A DNA stretch of 64,000 nt from Podarcis filfolensis (Eukaryota): the NCBI GenBank assembly GCA_964270895.1, contig OZ185436.1. One strand, 5' to 3'. Under the pieces are notes generated by a model. That model was not told the DNA's origin and searched no databases. It saw nothing but the letters and a program-made list of their open reading frames with translations. The position numbers and the translations under genes were made by a program. This document shows, in pieces, positions 27,320-40,208 of the stretch; within the stretch, counting starts at the first letter, position 1; each line of letters starts with the position of its first letter.

Positions 27320-27560
27320 TTTCCCCCATTTAAAAATATTTATTTTATTACTTATTCCATAAAATGTATACACCGCTTGACTGTTAAAAAGCAGCAACAA
27401 CCTCAAAGTGGCTTACAAAAATATAAAACCAAAAAAGTTAGGAATTTCCCCCCCAGGACATTAAAACATATAAGAAGTTAAAATACTAAAAGCAGATTAA
27501 AATTCACATCAGCATTTCCAAGCATCTGGGTAGGCCTGTCTAAACAGGAATGTTTTTCGC
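27320..27560 (-). mobile_element. Degraded L2-like 3' fragment
   Basis: tttatt-rich head and pattern similar to the other L2 tails in the window. Confidence 0.35.
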
Positions 27561-27688
27561 TGTACTCCTGATGCTCCATCATCAGGGTCTAATGATGGAG
27601 TTCTTGCTATGTTCTGTTCACTTCCCTTGTTTCCCAGCCTGTGTGTGTGTGTAAGACTCTTAACTGAGACATTCTTCTGGTATACACT

Positions 27689-27803
27689 CATAGAATCACA
27701 GAATTGGAAAAGACCATGGGGGTCATCTAGTCCAACCCCCTGCAATGCAGAAATCTTTTGCCCAACGTGGGGGCTTGAACCTATGACCTTGAGATGAAGA
27801 GTC
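27689..27803 (-). mobile_element. CR1 LINE 3' end
   Basis: catagaatcacagaattggaa...gtcatctagtccaaccccctg is the reverse complement of the CR1 terminus with its ATTCTRTG tail. Confidence 0.65.
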
Positions 27804-27929
27804 TAGCTAATGCCACATTCACAAGATCCAACCCTTGTACTCTGCACAATTAATTAATCTGGAAAAAAGAACTATCCCTGATATTGTATATTCTATCAAA
27901 AATTGAATTAAAATCTTGATGAACTTTGA

Positions 27930-28245
27930 GGTTAACCAAATTCCCAAATATTTAATTTTTTAAACTACTTTTATGCTCGTTTGTTGTTGCATCTTATCTA
28001 CCATTTCTTTATCCATATTTTTAATTAACATTTTTGTCTTTTTTATATTTATTTTAAAGCCTGCTACTTGTCCAAATTCTTCAATTTCCTCTAATCCTTT
28101 CTTAGCACTGACTAACGGTTCTTCTGTTGTTAGTACCAAGTCATCGGCAAAGGCTTTAACTTTATGTTCCTTTCTTCCAACTGCAATTTTTTTAACTTCT
28201 TCTGTTTTCCTTATCCTCATCAGGAGGACTTCGAGTACCGAATAG
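27930..28245 (-). mobile_element. L1/Tx1-type LINE ORF2 reverse-transcriptase fragment
   Basis: ORF 27960-28280: HKVKAFADDLVL (YADD-type motif), FGQVAGFKINIKKTK, then KYLGIWLT after a frameshift. Confidence 0.8.
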
Positions 28246-28977
28246 TAGTGGTGACAATGGACACCCTTCAGGGTCATCAAGTTTTAGGAATAGCTTGTCA
28301 TGGCTTTGTGTAGAACTATCACACCTGTAACCTGTATTCCAGCGGCAAAGGAAAATGGCTGTGGAAAAGCTGACAAAGCCATCACTTTTTCTTATTTTCC
28401 AAAAGCTGGCTGTTTTTGCTTCTTTTGATCACCACATATTTTCTGATTTCCAGAGATGTCCCCCAACTCATCTAGAGCCCAGCTGGAACAACTGCATATA
28501 ATTGTTGCCTTTTGAGATTTGTTAGCCAATCGTTGCCAGAGACAATCAGCTTGATTTTCATTTTGCAGCTATATCCTAGAACCATCAGGCTAGAACCTCC
28601 TTTGGCTTTACTGAAACGATAGTTCAAGATGGTGGGTACCTGAATGAGGAGGAATTGCTCAGCTGCCAGCGCTGGGTATGGGACAAATGTTAACATTACA
28701 GTTTTCAAGTAGTAACCTGCATGTCAGTGCAAAAATCTATCATGCGCCAGCTCCTCTCCGCTTGGTACATGTTAATGAAAAAGCTGTAGGGGGTATTCCT
28801 GCCGCTGAACAACACATTATATGCGTGCCAAGTTAATCAAAGGGAATTGCTTTTGTTCTGATGAAGCTATAAATAAATAACGAATGCACATCTGGCCAAA
28901 TTTAAATTAGGAATAGTTTTGGATCAAATATAGTTGAGTGCATTTGCCTGGGACTCCTCTGGGATGTCAAGGATTCA

Positions 28978-29049
28978 GTTAAGGCAGTTTTTATCACGGA
29001 GAGCTGGTGAAACGTTAAGGCAGTTTTTATCACGGAGAGCTGGTGAAAC
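28978..29049. repeat. Perfect 36-bp tandem duplication
   Basis: gttaaggcagtttttatcacggagagctggtgaaac twice with no spacer (28978-29013, 29014-29049). Confidence 0.95.
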
Positions 29050-32000
29050 GCCTTATACTGTCAGACTGTTGGTCCATTCTAGAGTAAAGGCCAAAGCCCT
29101 GAGGTCCACTAATTGGGTGCAAAGCAGTGTATTGAGGAAGGAGAGGGGAATGGCATGACTTGCACTTTGAATTAAGGAGAAGAATGTTCCTGAGCATATG
29201 CTCAGGCACGAAATGTGGCCTTAAGAGCAGAGGTGAGCGCACAAATTCACACAAAAATCCACTCCTGCCCCTCCACCCCAGGTCTGATGTCAGCAACCTA
29301 ATTGGGGAGTGGTGGGGGGGGAGGAAGCCATTTTGTTCCTGCTGTTGTGAAACCATCCAGCAACAGCTACCACAAGATGTAGTGATGGCCACCAACTTGG
29401 TTTAAAACAAATTCATGGAGGATTAATCAACCACGAAATACAAGTTCCGGTGGTTAAATATTGGCTCCCATTATCACTGTCGATATCCCTCTGAATAATG
29501 GGGAATGAGAATGGGAGAGGGGCCTATTGCATTCAGGGCAGGCTTTTTGTATCTGGATGGGTTACTATGAGAACAGAAGGCTGGCCTAGATGGGCTTTTG
29601 GTCTGATCCAACAGAGTCCTCCTTACATTCTTACTTGCCAATCCTACTGCAAACCACCCAGTCAATCCCAATCTATGTTCTACCCACCACTGACCAGGGC
29701 TGCAACTGAACTTCTTTTCTAGCCTTCCTGCCTGAGACTTGTCAATGGAGTGAACCTGAGACATTCAGCATCCATGACATGTGCCTCTGGCCCTGAACTC
29801 CGGCCCCTTTGTAAAGCTAGGCGTACTGAGTTAAATCTAAGCTCCCTGATTCAAATTGCACTACTGCCGCTAATGATGTGCCAAACCTTGGGGAAAGCAT
29901 GATCCACAATACAGGGATGCTGCAAACCTACCTTACAGGTAGGTTGGAAGAATAACTGAGCAAATTTATGCAAAGTGTTTAGATTGCTCCAAAACACTAA
30001 ATATTATCATAATCCATTAACTAAATTAATCGTACTGTTTGTATAGCAGGTGGTATTTTCCATTGTGTTTTTAAAAGGGGATAGTGGAGCTATTTCCTCC
30101 CCCCCTTTTTTTGGATTCCATTGGAGGAAAAGCAGCAGCAGCCCTGGAGTAGTTCTTGGATTCTTGCGGCTTCAAACTGCCTCTGCTGAACTTGTACTGT
30201 ACATGCCTTCTCTCCCCCACTCCCGCGTCTTCCGCTGTCGAAAATGTTTTGAAGTCTGTTTTGCTTCACGAGAACCGCAAGCAAATCGGGTACCCAAGGG
30301 AAAAAAACCAAATAGCTACTGTTTCGATCTTGCTGGATTGTGAAACGAACCACAGCAGGTGGGATGGGACTGTATATGCTTCGGGAAATTGCAATTCCCA
30401 ACGGTTCATGGGGATTCTCATTTAACTCAGCATATTCAAGAGCTGCTTTCGGAGGCAAAGCTTTGGAATGAGCACCGTCCCAGCAGAGCCAAATTATCAC
30501 CAGCCCTTTAGCCTGAGTCTCGACAGCTGAGGACCAGGGGAAACTGTCTGGTGAAATGAAAGACTTTGGGATTGGCAGCAGCACTTGCTAGCCTCCAGAT
30601 GTCTGCCTGTCACTCGCCAGTATTTGTGACAGTCAAGCCATCTGCACTGATAACTGCGAGAACTACAGGAAGACAACAGGAATGTAAAATGTTGACAGAT
30701 CTTGCACGAGATGGGTTCTGTGCCATTTAATTGTTGCATGGGATGGAGTTTTGTAGCAGGCCTGGCTTTTCTGCCATAGTTAAGTTAAGAGAAATTACAT
30801 CTGTCAAAGTTCTCCTTTGTACACAACTGTTAACAGATACAGGAGCCTTATCATATGTAGAATTGGCAACTTAAAGCGTGCCTCCCCATACATCCGTAGT
30901 GAGTCTTCTAACTTGTTAGTATTAATTAGCTGGTTTAAACCAATCAGCCTCACCAACCTAACTGTTTCTGTGTTATAGTCTTGGCCCTAAATTTCTTAAT
31001 ACGGTTCAGGAAAAGAGCTGGTCCAAAGTGCAGATTTTTCTGTCCTTGCGCACTCATTTTAATAACTCTCTTGATTCACCATGTTGCAATCTCTTATGAT
31101 TCTTCTGTAGAGCGTGACTCCTTGTTTTCTGATCAGAATGACCAAGAAGCCGTTTGGGTCAGGTTTCCCCAATTCTCTCATATGCTAGATATCCTTTGGG
31201 ACTAGCAAACTGAGCAGGACACATCGCCGAAGTGTTGTTTCAGTTATGCCTACGCCTGGGTCCGCACCCACACACTTTTGTCACGCTCGCTTTGTTTTGT
31301 TACTTGCCGTTCCAGAACAGACCACTTCCTGTTTTTCCTACATCTGCTGGAGTGGCAAGCTTGGGTTTTTAATTAAAGAGTAAATTTGAACAATTGCACG
31401 CATATACCAAACCACCGCCGCACAAGGATTTGCAGAGTATATACATGCTTTTGGAGAATAGGCACACCAGGCACACATTCACTGTTTAAGCATAAGGAAC
31501 TCACCCCTTTGCATTTCCACTGAAGCGTTGCACAAATATTGATGCCTAACGGGGCTGGCCCTACCATTAGGCAGAGGAAAGCGGCAGCCTTGAGCAGCTG
31601 ATTTGGGTTGTGTCAGGAAAAGGCAGCAAATTGTCAGCTATTTAATTTATTATGGCTGCACTTTTACTGCCAAGGAGCTTGAGAGGCACTTGTGGGATTC
31701 TCTGCCTCAGGTGCCAAAATAACTTGCCCCCTCTTTGGTGATGTGAACCTTGACCAGTGGGGAGGGGTTTCCATTTGTTGCTTCACCTCAGGCAGCAAAA
31801 TGTCATGGGGTGGCCCTGATCACTAGCTGAGATATGGACTATCCTTCCTTGCGCCAACATGGCAGATTGTAGAAAAATCAGCCATTCTGGAAACTCACAC
31901 TGATCTGTGTAACAACCTGTGTAACAAGAGAATATTAAACTGAGGGGGGTGGGGGAGACCCAATATTTTAAGGAGATTTAGAGATGCATGCTTATGCTCC

Positions 32001-33727
32001 ACTATTTGGCCTGTCAATCTTTCAGCCTGGTGGTGTTTGTTTCACCAATTTCCTGTCTGTAGCCACTAGGTGAAGCAAGGTAGACTAAAATGCTGTCATA
32101 ATGTATTCATTCATGCTTTGTGTTGCTTTTTGGGTTGCTGTTATGCTTTGAAGAGAGGCAGCAGAGCAGTTAGGTAGCTTTAGACTCTGGACTGTATTGT
32201 CTTCCACTCACCCCCTCTGTAAATAGTATGATATGGTGCATTGATAAACCACCTTTTAGCCCCAAAGAAATATACAATAAAGGTATAATACATAAAAGAC
32301 ATAAATGAAAACCATATAAAATAGCTGTTGTTCTCACTGAGGTTTATTATGCATTGTATTTTTCTGTATTACTTTGCTATGGTAATGTGTATTACTTCAG
32401 AATGTCCTAAGCCAGTCCTACGCTCTGTGTGCTTTATTGGGGTGGGGGGCTACTCATTCTGCAGAGTGAGGCCCTGGATTTCTGCCCCAGAGGCTCTTGC
32501 CCAATAGGCACCACTGCAGGGGAGGGATGCGCCTTTCTTCCTGTTGTGGTGGAGCAAACGTATTATGATTCGTCACTAATGGAGTATAACACCACTACAT
32601 GTGCTGGGAATCTCTGGCAGAGCCGTTTGACCACTCCTCTTCCTCTATGCTGCGCTGTTCTTTCCCTCCAACCAGATGGCACCTGATGCCTCGGGGGACT
32701 GGCAATGGGCTAAGGTAGCCTTTAGTCCAAGCGCCGTTTCTCTGATCCAGACAGCCAGTTGTGAAATATCTGGCTGTTGTTTCCTGCCAGTTTTGCTTCA
32801 GTTGCCTACTTGAAATTCGTTGGAAGGTTTGGGCTTGATTCCCACCCTGCACCATTTGGTCCTCCCAGAAATGCTAAGGCATGGAGGCAGTTTTGAAACT
32901 GAACTCTGGAAAGACATTCCATTTAAGTAGGTCCCAGGGTCAGAAAGCAATATAAAAGTGGGGTTGTAGTTAGTTTTCGGTGCCAGTCTGGGACATTTTG
33001 CTCCCTGAAGCAGCGGGGGTCTTCTCCCTCACCCCCACCGCACCAGGGCCAACACTTAAAAATCTATACCTTGGCTTTCTAGAGCAGATTCAGTAGCCTT
33101 TCTTGCTCTGCACCTGTGTTTAGGTGTACCTAAGAAGAGCCCTGCTAAGTCAGACAATCGATCTAGTCCTGCATCCCATTTTGCACAATGGCCAACCAGA
33201 TACTACTAGGGATCCCACAAGTAGGGCATGAAGGCGACCTCTCTGGTTACCTAATCCTAACATGTGCAGTAGCTCTGACAGAATCTACCTCCAGAATATT
33301 CCTCCTTTTGGGACCATCCTATGAATGATCTACTGTTTCTGGAGAGGGTAGGGACAACCTATAAAAGACTGTCTGACGCATTCCCAAGACAACCTCATTG
33401 TCGTGCAGTAGCAGAAGAGCAGTGTAACCTTGTTTGGGCTCATGAATTCTAGACAAAGATTTTCCTTTAAAAAACATGCATTCCAATTCTTATCTTAACT
33501 GATCCTGGGACTTAAAGTCTCAGACCTGTTGTCAGAGTTGGCCCACATGAGGCAAGGTGATGCAATCGCCTAGGGTGGCAGGACCCCCAGGGACAGCAGA
33601 TCCTGATGTAGATCTTTATTCCTTTCTCCGTAGTTTCTGATGTAGATTTCCACTCACCCCTTGTTCCCTGGCAGGGTGTGTGTGTATGTGATTATGTAGT
33701 TTGCTTCAGGCTCCAGATGCCTTAGGC

Positions 33728-33978
33728 CAGGCATGTCCAACAGGTAGATCTTGATCAGATCACCAGTAGACCCCGGAATGTCCATTGTAGATCACTGGTA
33801 GATCACTGGCTTCCCCAAAGAAGCTCAAAAAGTTTGCCCTGCATGCCTAAGAAACTGTGCTTTTTCTCCCCTCAAAAAAAAGCTCAACAACTTTGACCTG
33901 AACCCCTCAAAAGGGGGCGTGGGGTAGATCACTGCCAGTTTGAGTAGATCGCAGTCTCTTGGGAGTTGGCCATCCCTG
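33728..33978. mobile_element. hAT-like MITE
   Basis: Imperfect TIRs caggcatgtccaac / gttggccatccctg; internal GTAGATC subrepeats. Confidence 0.55.
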
Positions 33979-33989
33979 TAATGCCACCC

Positions 33990-34330
33990 TCTCCAAGGTT
34001 TGCAAGTTAAGACGCCGCCTAGCACTCACTCCTGTTCCGAACTGGCAAGCGCAGCCTATTCGGTTTGGAACTTTGGAGCAACTGTCTCTCTTGGCAGCCC
34101 GCTGGGTCCCTTTGCACATCACAGCTGCTTTGGGGCTGTCAAATGCATCGGAGCAAAGGAAAACCAGGGAGCTCCAAAGGGCAAGGCTGCTGCCGTCTGC
34201 TCAGAGAGGCTGTGGAGACAGGACAAAAGTGGCTGCCGCTGCCGCTGCCCGCCCGTCCTTTCTCACGGGGTCGAGCGCAGGCGAGCTTTCTGTTTGACTG
34301 AATGAGCACACACGGCACTCGAGCACGAGG
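33990..34330. promoter_or_regulatory. Second CpG-enriched cluster, possible alternative promoter or enhancer
   Basis: Locally dense CpGs (gctgccgctgccgctgcccgcccg, gtcgagcgcaggcg) not explained by a repeat I recognise. Confidence 0.35.
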
Positions 34331-34699
34331 TTAGCCTGGAGGAGGTGCTCACAATAAACACAGCTGTCCACAGAGCACACAGACATGGGCTGTACCACTT
34401 CAGATGCAGGGGAGAGCAGCCACAGGTAGTTCCCCCTCCCTTCCGGGTCCCTTGGTCTAGGGAACCACCTCCTGGGTGTCTCTGAGCACAAGACTGATGT
34501 GCAAATGCATCTGGCAGGGATGCAGGCGAGAGGCACTGAGGCACCCTGAGCAGCCTGAGCAACTAGAGGGCTTGGTCCTAGCCAGAGGGGACCCACTGAG
34601 GGCGCTGGCTTAGCAGGCGCCCTCATCTCCCAGGTCTGAGCCTGACTCTTAAGAGGGAGACAGAGCACTGGAGGGGCCAGGAGGAGGTGGCTCGGTCCC

Positions 34700-34719
34700 A
34701 TGGCTGCAAAACTCTTCAG
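34700..34719 (+). CDS. Alternative candidate first coding exon of the hyaluronidase (MAAKLF, phase 2)
   Basis: cccATGG context, donor CAG|GTAGGT at 34720, possible acceptor at 34633. Phase 2 matches 42033 and gives 503 aa. Confidence 0.3.
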
Positions 34720-37700
34720 GTAGGTGCCCCTTCCCCTCCCTCCCCACATGTTTTCTTTTGTTTGGCTGAGCAGTTGTTTTTGTATTGTTCTTTGGAAAAG
34801 AGGTGGGAAATCCATTAGGGCTGCGCTGGAAATTCACCTGTCAGAGCTAGCAGCAGCCAGAGAGAGGCTAGTCTTTACTCCAACCGCTCACATGGACATT
34901 GGGGGGTGGGGGAGGTTTGAAGTCATGAATTGCAGAGATGCAAGTTTGCCACAGGCTCTTTAGTCTTCCGAAAGCCTGCCTTTTCAAATCAGAGTGGGGT
35001 TCCCATTCCTCTTCATTCGTAAAAGTGGCTGATGGAATGAAGACACAGAAGGAGCTTGGCGAATTAAAGCTTTCTGCTTCTGATGCAAGCAGCCAGGATA
35101 TCTGAAGCCTTCGGAAAATTGCTGCTTCCTTGCTTTTAAAGTATCTGTACTTCCCCTCTACTCCTATAGTCTAATGATGGAACATCCAGGAAAGAGAATC
35201 TATGTCTCACTTTCTGATCACATTCTTTCTGTGGCTCATCCTACTGCTTATTTAATGGATAATTGTAGTTTGTAGATCTTCTGGAATTTTATGTGACTTC
35301 CTTCCCTTTGAAATGCAATTGTTAAATGACTGAGGTAAAATAGCCTGCCTCTTATTTGCCATGAAATGCATAAGAATGAGAGAGAACAATTCTTATGTAT
35401 ATGCGTGCATACACACAAAGACACACGCCTGACTTGTGTCCTCCTATAAACAATTTGGTAAACAGCTCCAATTTTTAAAAGCAGTTTTAAATGTTTAAAC
35501 TGTAGCATTGTTGTGAGTAAATTCCTGTTTTGTAGTGTTTATTTCTCTGCCTTTTACTTCAGAGGGAGACCAGAATCTATGAAAATAAACTTCACAGGAC
35601 CCTCATTTACAGACATGAAGATGCTTAGCATTACTTAAGTGTGCCCCCGCCCCACTTTCATGGAATTCAATGCATCCCTTGCTTAAAACATTGATAATTG
35701 GATATTTGTTATTTATATTCTAAGCCCAGAAAATGCTGGAAACATGTGAAGAATAAATAGAATGTGATGGTGGTGAGAGGAGTAAACTGAGAAAGAAAGC
35801 AAAATGTTTTCAAAGGCATCAAATGTATCTTGTTTTTTCTTTCTTCTTTGCATTACACTGGTGATCCTGCTCTGTTTGACATGTGTGGTTGCCTGAGTCC
35901 TTAACCTTTGCTGGATCATGTCCTAATTTATTCTTTAGCAAGCAATTTCAAAGCACTCATCTGGCAGGCAGGATGCTACCCTAGTACAGGGTGTGTGTGT
36001 TTTTGTTCTTCTTACAAAGTTTCTTCACAAAGTTTTGATACCGTTCAGAGGTTAACATTTTTGCTATATTCTACACCTGAGAATACTTACTGTTACCTAG
36101 TTTTCAGCATGATGTTCTCGTATTTTCAGGCACAAATGCAATATTAGTTCTTTTAAAAGGATGGCTGAGTGTCCGATGAGCTAAGAGCTTTATGGAAAAC
36201 GGGATCATGTGGGAGGCAGTCTTCTGTAACTGTCATAGTCTCTCCAGAAACTCCACCTGGATTTACAGCTTAAAGAATCAATAGCTGCCCCGAGAGCATT
36301 GATGCTACCATTCTCTAAAGAGCAACTGATGCTGAACACACACCCTCCTATATATCATTGTATGGGATCCACTTAACGGCCATCAGAACTAAGTGCCTCA
36401 ACACGAGGCCCCTGGGGTCAGTGGACCCACACAGAATTGGCAGGAATAGTTAATGGCCATTGTGGCAGATCAATTATTATGACAACCTGTAGGTTTGTGT
36501 TGTAACTGTAAACTTGGCCCAGGAAGTTACATTAGCACAAAAGGCTGGTTTGCTGCTATGGCACCAGTAACACAACTGCCATTCCATCACAAGGCCTCTT
36601 ATTTTTCTCACAATAAATTTTCTCATTAATTTGTTTGAAAGGGGAGAGTTGGCACAGGCCAGGATTTAGGGATGACTTCACCATAGACTCCTGCAACAAT
36701 GGTTTTGGCACAGCCCTATGCACGTTCTGTAGAATAGCAATTTTATAATTAACGATGATTGGCATGGGAACTTTCGCCTCGAGATGGAAGTGCGCATGAT
36801 GCTGAAACTGTCACTTGAAGGTGCATCTTTGTGCAAAACCTTAAAACAGCTGGTGCGGGGGGGGGGGGGCTCGCCAGGCTTGCAGCATGGTGGGCTCTAT
36901 CCATGACCACCATCTACAGTTCTGTGATCCCAGTGAAGGTTCTTCCTCTCCCCCAGGCTGCTGTTAGTCCCAGAAAAGTGTTCCCATGGGCGCCACTTCT
37001 GTTACACTGGGAGCAAGTCCTTCTGGCTGCTCTTGTAACTGCACACAGAGAAGGGGCCACGGCTCAGTGGTGGAACATCTGCTTTCTGTGCTGAAGGCCT
37101 CCGGTTCAATTCCCATCAACTCCACATAAGACTTGGGACTCAGCTATAGAGCAGCAAATAAGGTGTTTTGAATATGTTGTAAAGTGCACTATACATATGT
37201 GACACAAGATGGCGACCGTGAGCTATGCCAAATTCAAAGTATTTTTCAAAACGTGTTGTTGTTTTTTTAAAGCATTTTCACAGCATTTTTTATATGTGTG
37301 TAGGTTCCACCTTGGAAGTACACAAATAATCCGGCTCTTACAAGACAGGGAAACTACAACTTTGCATGTGAACCCCCCTGGCCCCCTTTTCTGGTTCTTT
37401 CACTTTCCTGTAGCAAAGTCTTATCTTTGCCTTGCAATTACATGCATCTAGTCTCTTCCATGATCCATTTCTGCAACAGGAATTGAGTGGTCCAGGAAGA
37501 GGGGATGGGCTTGGCAGTGGAAACATTACCATGTTTCTGCAGTGGCATTTCAAGCTGCGATGCTGCTTTTAACTCATTTATATTGTCGTATTTTCATTTA
37601 AACCTCTGTTGATTTACAAATAAATATCACAACTATGCAGCAGTGTGGTTATTGCTGGCTCTCTGGAACAAGCACACCAAGATTGGTCTGTGTTAATTCC

Positions 37701-39915
37701 CCTGAATTAAGCCAGGTTATCAGACAAATGCAATTCTGTCTGCCCTCTCCAGTAAATATCCCAAGAGTAGCATCACAAATCCGTCCCCTCCCCCGAATAC
37801 CTGTTTACCCGTGTAAGACATATGAACATGCATATGTATGCATTGGCACACTAGGGAGCACCATGTTATCCTGTTTATCGCTCTGCCACAAAGTTGCCTG
37901 GCATCCTTCCAGCAGCCTTCTCAGAACTTAAGTGAGCTGGCATCTACAGTAGCAAGAGCATGAATTATGAGCAGGAAATCTCCTTAAGCTCTGAGCTCAC
38001 TGGGTGGCCTTAGGCATGGCCTCCTCTCAGTCTTCGCTTTCAATCTGCGAAATGGGGATAATAATGCCAGCACTTACAGGGGCGCTGTAAGGATTACTGA
38101 GATACATGAGAAGCACTTTGAACATTTCAGGGGGGAAAGCACTATAATTAAATATTAGTGCATTATTAAATAAAATTGGTGCATGGGATGTGAATCACAT
38201 ACACTACCCCGGTGAGGAGAAGAAACTAGCTGGCAAGTATTTAAATGCTGTTTTCATGGCTTCCCTGGAGTAGATCCCTCTGGTAGATTTACTCACTGTT
38301 TAGGAACACTCCTGAGATGTAAATTATGTCTTGGGAGTCAAGTGGGTGAATTGCTATGCCATTGAGACCGAAGGCTAGGTAGTATTTAATTATAGTTTGT
38401 TCTCCACCCCCACTGCTTAGAGAGGAGGAGGGGGGAAGTCTTTCTTTTGGGAACAAACTCCCCCCCCCCCCCCCGCTCCCTCCCATACAATCTGCTGCAC
38501 TGAGAGCTTTAACTCTCCAGAAGGAAATCTTAGCTCTGTATCCAGTGTTGCCATTTAATCTTCCCTGGAGGTCTACTTAGTGCTTCTGAAGCTTGGGTTC
38601 AGATAAAAGCAACTTCTCCTTTACAGCTTGGGGGGGGGAAGCTTATTCTGCTCCTGGGTTGCTTGGTGAAAGTGGTGCTGCTGTCCTTAAACAGAGGGCA
38701 GCATGGCACACTACGCTGGCGCTGCTGCGAGCTTGTGATTTTTGTTGATTTCACTGTAGATCCAGGGGCTGGAGAGATGCCGAGTGGCTTATAGGATTTA
38801 TCTGGGAGATCAAAACCACAGACAGAAGCAGGAAAAAGGAAGGCCCGTTTACAGGCACCCTGCTCCCCAAGTAAGTTAATTGGTGGTTTGGCTATTGCTT
38901 CCTATTTTCTGGTCATCTTCTCTGAAAAAGCCACTAAACTCCCATTATGATTGCTTTTTTGGCATTTCCCCTTCTAAATATGCAAATGCACCTTCAGGGT
39001 CTTTTCAGGTCTGGATGAAAGATCTGGTGGAGATTATGGGAAGAATAAATAGGGAGGAGACAGGAAGAGGAAAAGAAGGTATTGATTTTTCCTTCCAGGC
39101 ACTATGGCATCATCACTTTTCATCCTGCCTTTCCTCCTCCTTTACAACAGCCCTGTGGAGTAGCACTCAGGGATGATGAGTGGCCACATGGCTAGATCAG
39201 CAGTCAGGTGGGATCTGAACCGGGACCTCCCTGTACAGCAGCATTACCACCACCCCTGCCTTTGATTTCTCTGTGCCACCTGCCCAGCCTCCCTCCGTCC
39301 TCTGCCCATGTGCAGAGTTTCAGGCTGGGCACGCTCCGTTGGCTCCTACCCACCCAGAGGCCTCTTTCTAGCCTTCATTCTGGTTGATATTCTACCTCCC
39401 CCTCCCTCAATAAGCCCCTGATTCCCCGCTCTGCAAAAGCTCACATGGAGGCGCTTTGTTCCTCTCCCCTATCTTATCAAACGTTACAAACTTTCTGGCT
39501 TTCACGCTGCTTCTACCCTGCCATGTTATACAAGGTTTTCTGAGAGCTCTGGACATTAGTGGGGTAGTGCATTTGACTAAGAAGCGCTTCACCTCCAGGG
39601 AAATACTAGGCTGTAATGCAGGTCAGCAATGATTGAAAGCTGTAATCATCAGATGTCTGCTCTGTGGCCTATGCAGAATGAGGTTAATGTGACTACTCAC
39701 TTCCTGGTGGAATTGGCCTCACTGAGCTGAGAAGCATGAGAAGGGGAGAACGGGATGCTTGCAGTGGTAGGAGGGGGAAGGGAGCACCTTGAATGTGCCA
39801 ACAACAAACTGGAGCTTCAATTCAGAATGTATATCCATGTTATTTTATAAACCCTAAAGTTGCATCAGGGTTTTGTTTTGTTTTTTTTATTTAAATCAAT
39901 GGATTACATTATAAA

Positions 39916-40043
39916 CTGGGCTAGGGAACCTGTGGCCCTCTAGGTGGTTATTAGACTCAAGCTCCCATCATCCCTGACCACTAGCCATGCTGGCTGGGGC
40001 TGATGGGAGCTGGAGTCTTGCTAATGCAGGTTCCCCATCCCTG
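39916..40043. mobile_element. hAT-like MITE, same family as 58022-58157
   Basis: Degenerate TIRs (..gggaacc / ggttccccatccctg); core cccatcatccctgaccact...gctgatggga shared with copies near 44700, 47690 and 60330. Confidence 0.55.
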
Positions 40044-40181
40044 TTTTAAACAGAGAAAACTGCTAATGACAAAACAGACAAGGCTATAGTGACACAGCAA
40101 AGTGAGGCCACCATTTACCCTACACTTGGATAAATAGCACTGGGAGCAGATTTGTGACCCTGGAGCCGGATGGCCTCTAAG

Positions 40182-40208
40182 GAGCAGCAGCAGCAGCAGC
40201 AGCAGCAG
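40182..40208. repeat. (CAG)n microsatellite
   Basis: Seen directly in the sequence. Confidence 0.9.

Noticed and set aside
28978-29049. 36-bp direct repeats as a CRISPR array
   Set aside because: Only two adjacent copies, no spacer, no cas genes, and the DNA is vertebrate.
34201-34815. 204-aa minus-strand ORF
   Set aside because: GC-rich region, no recognisable domain, and it starts in low-complexity sequence.
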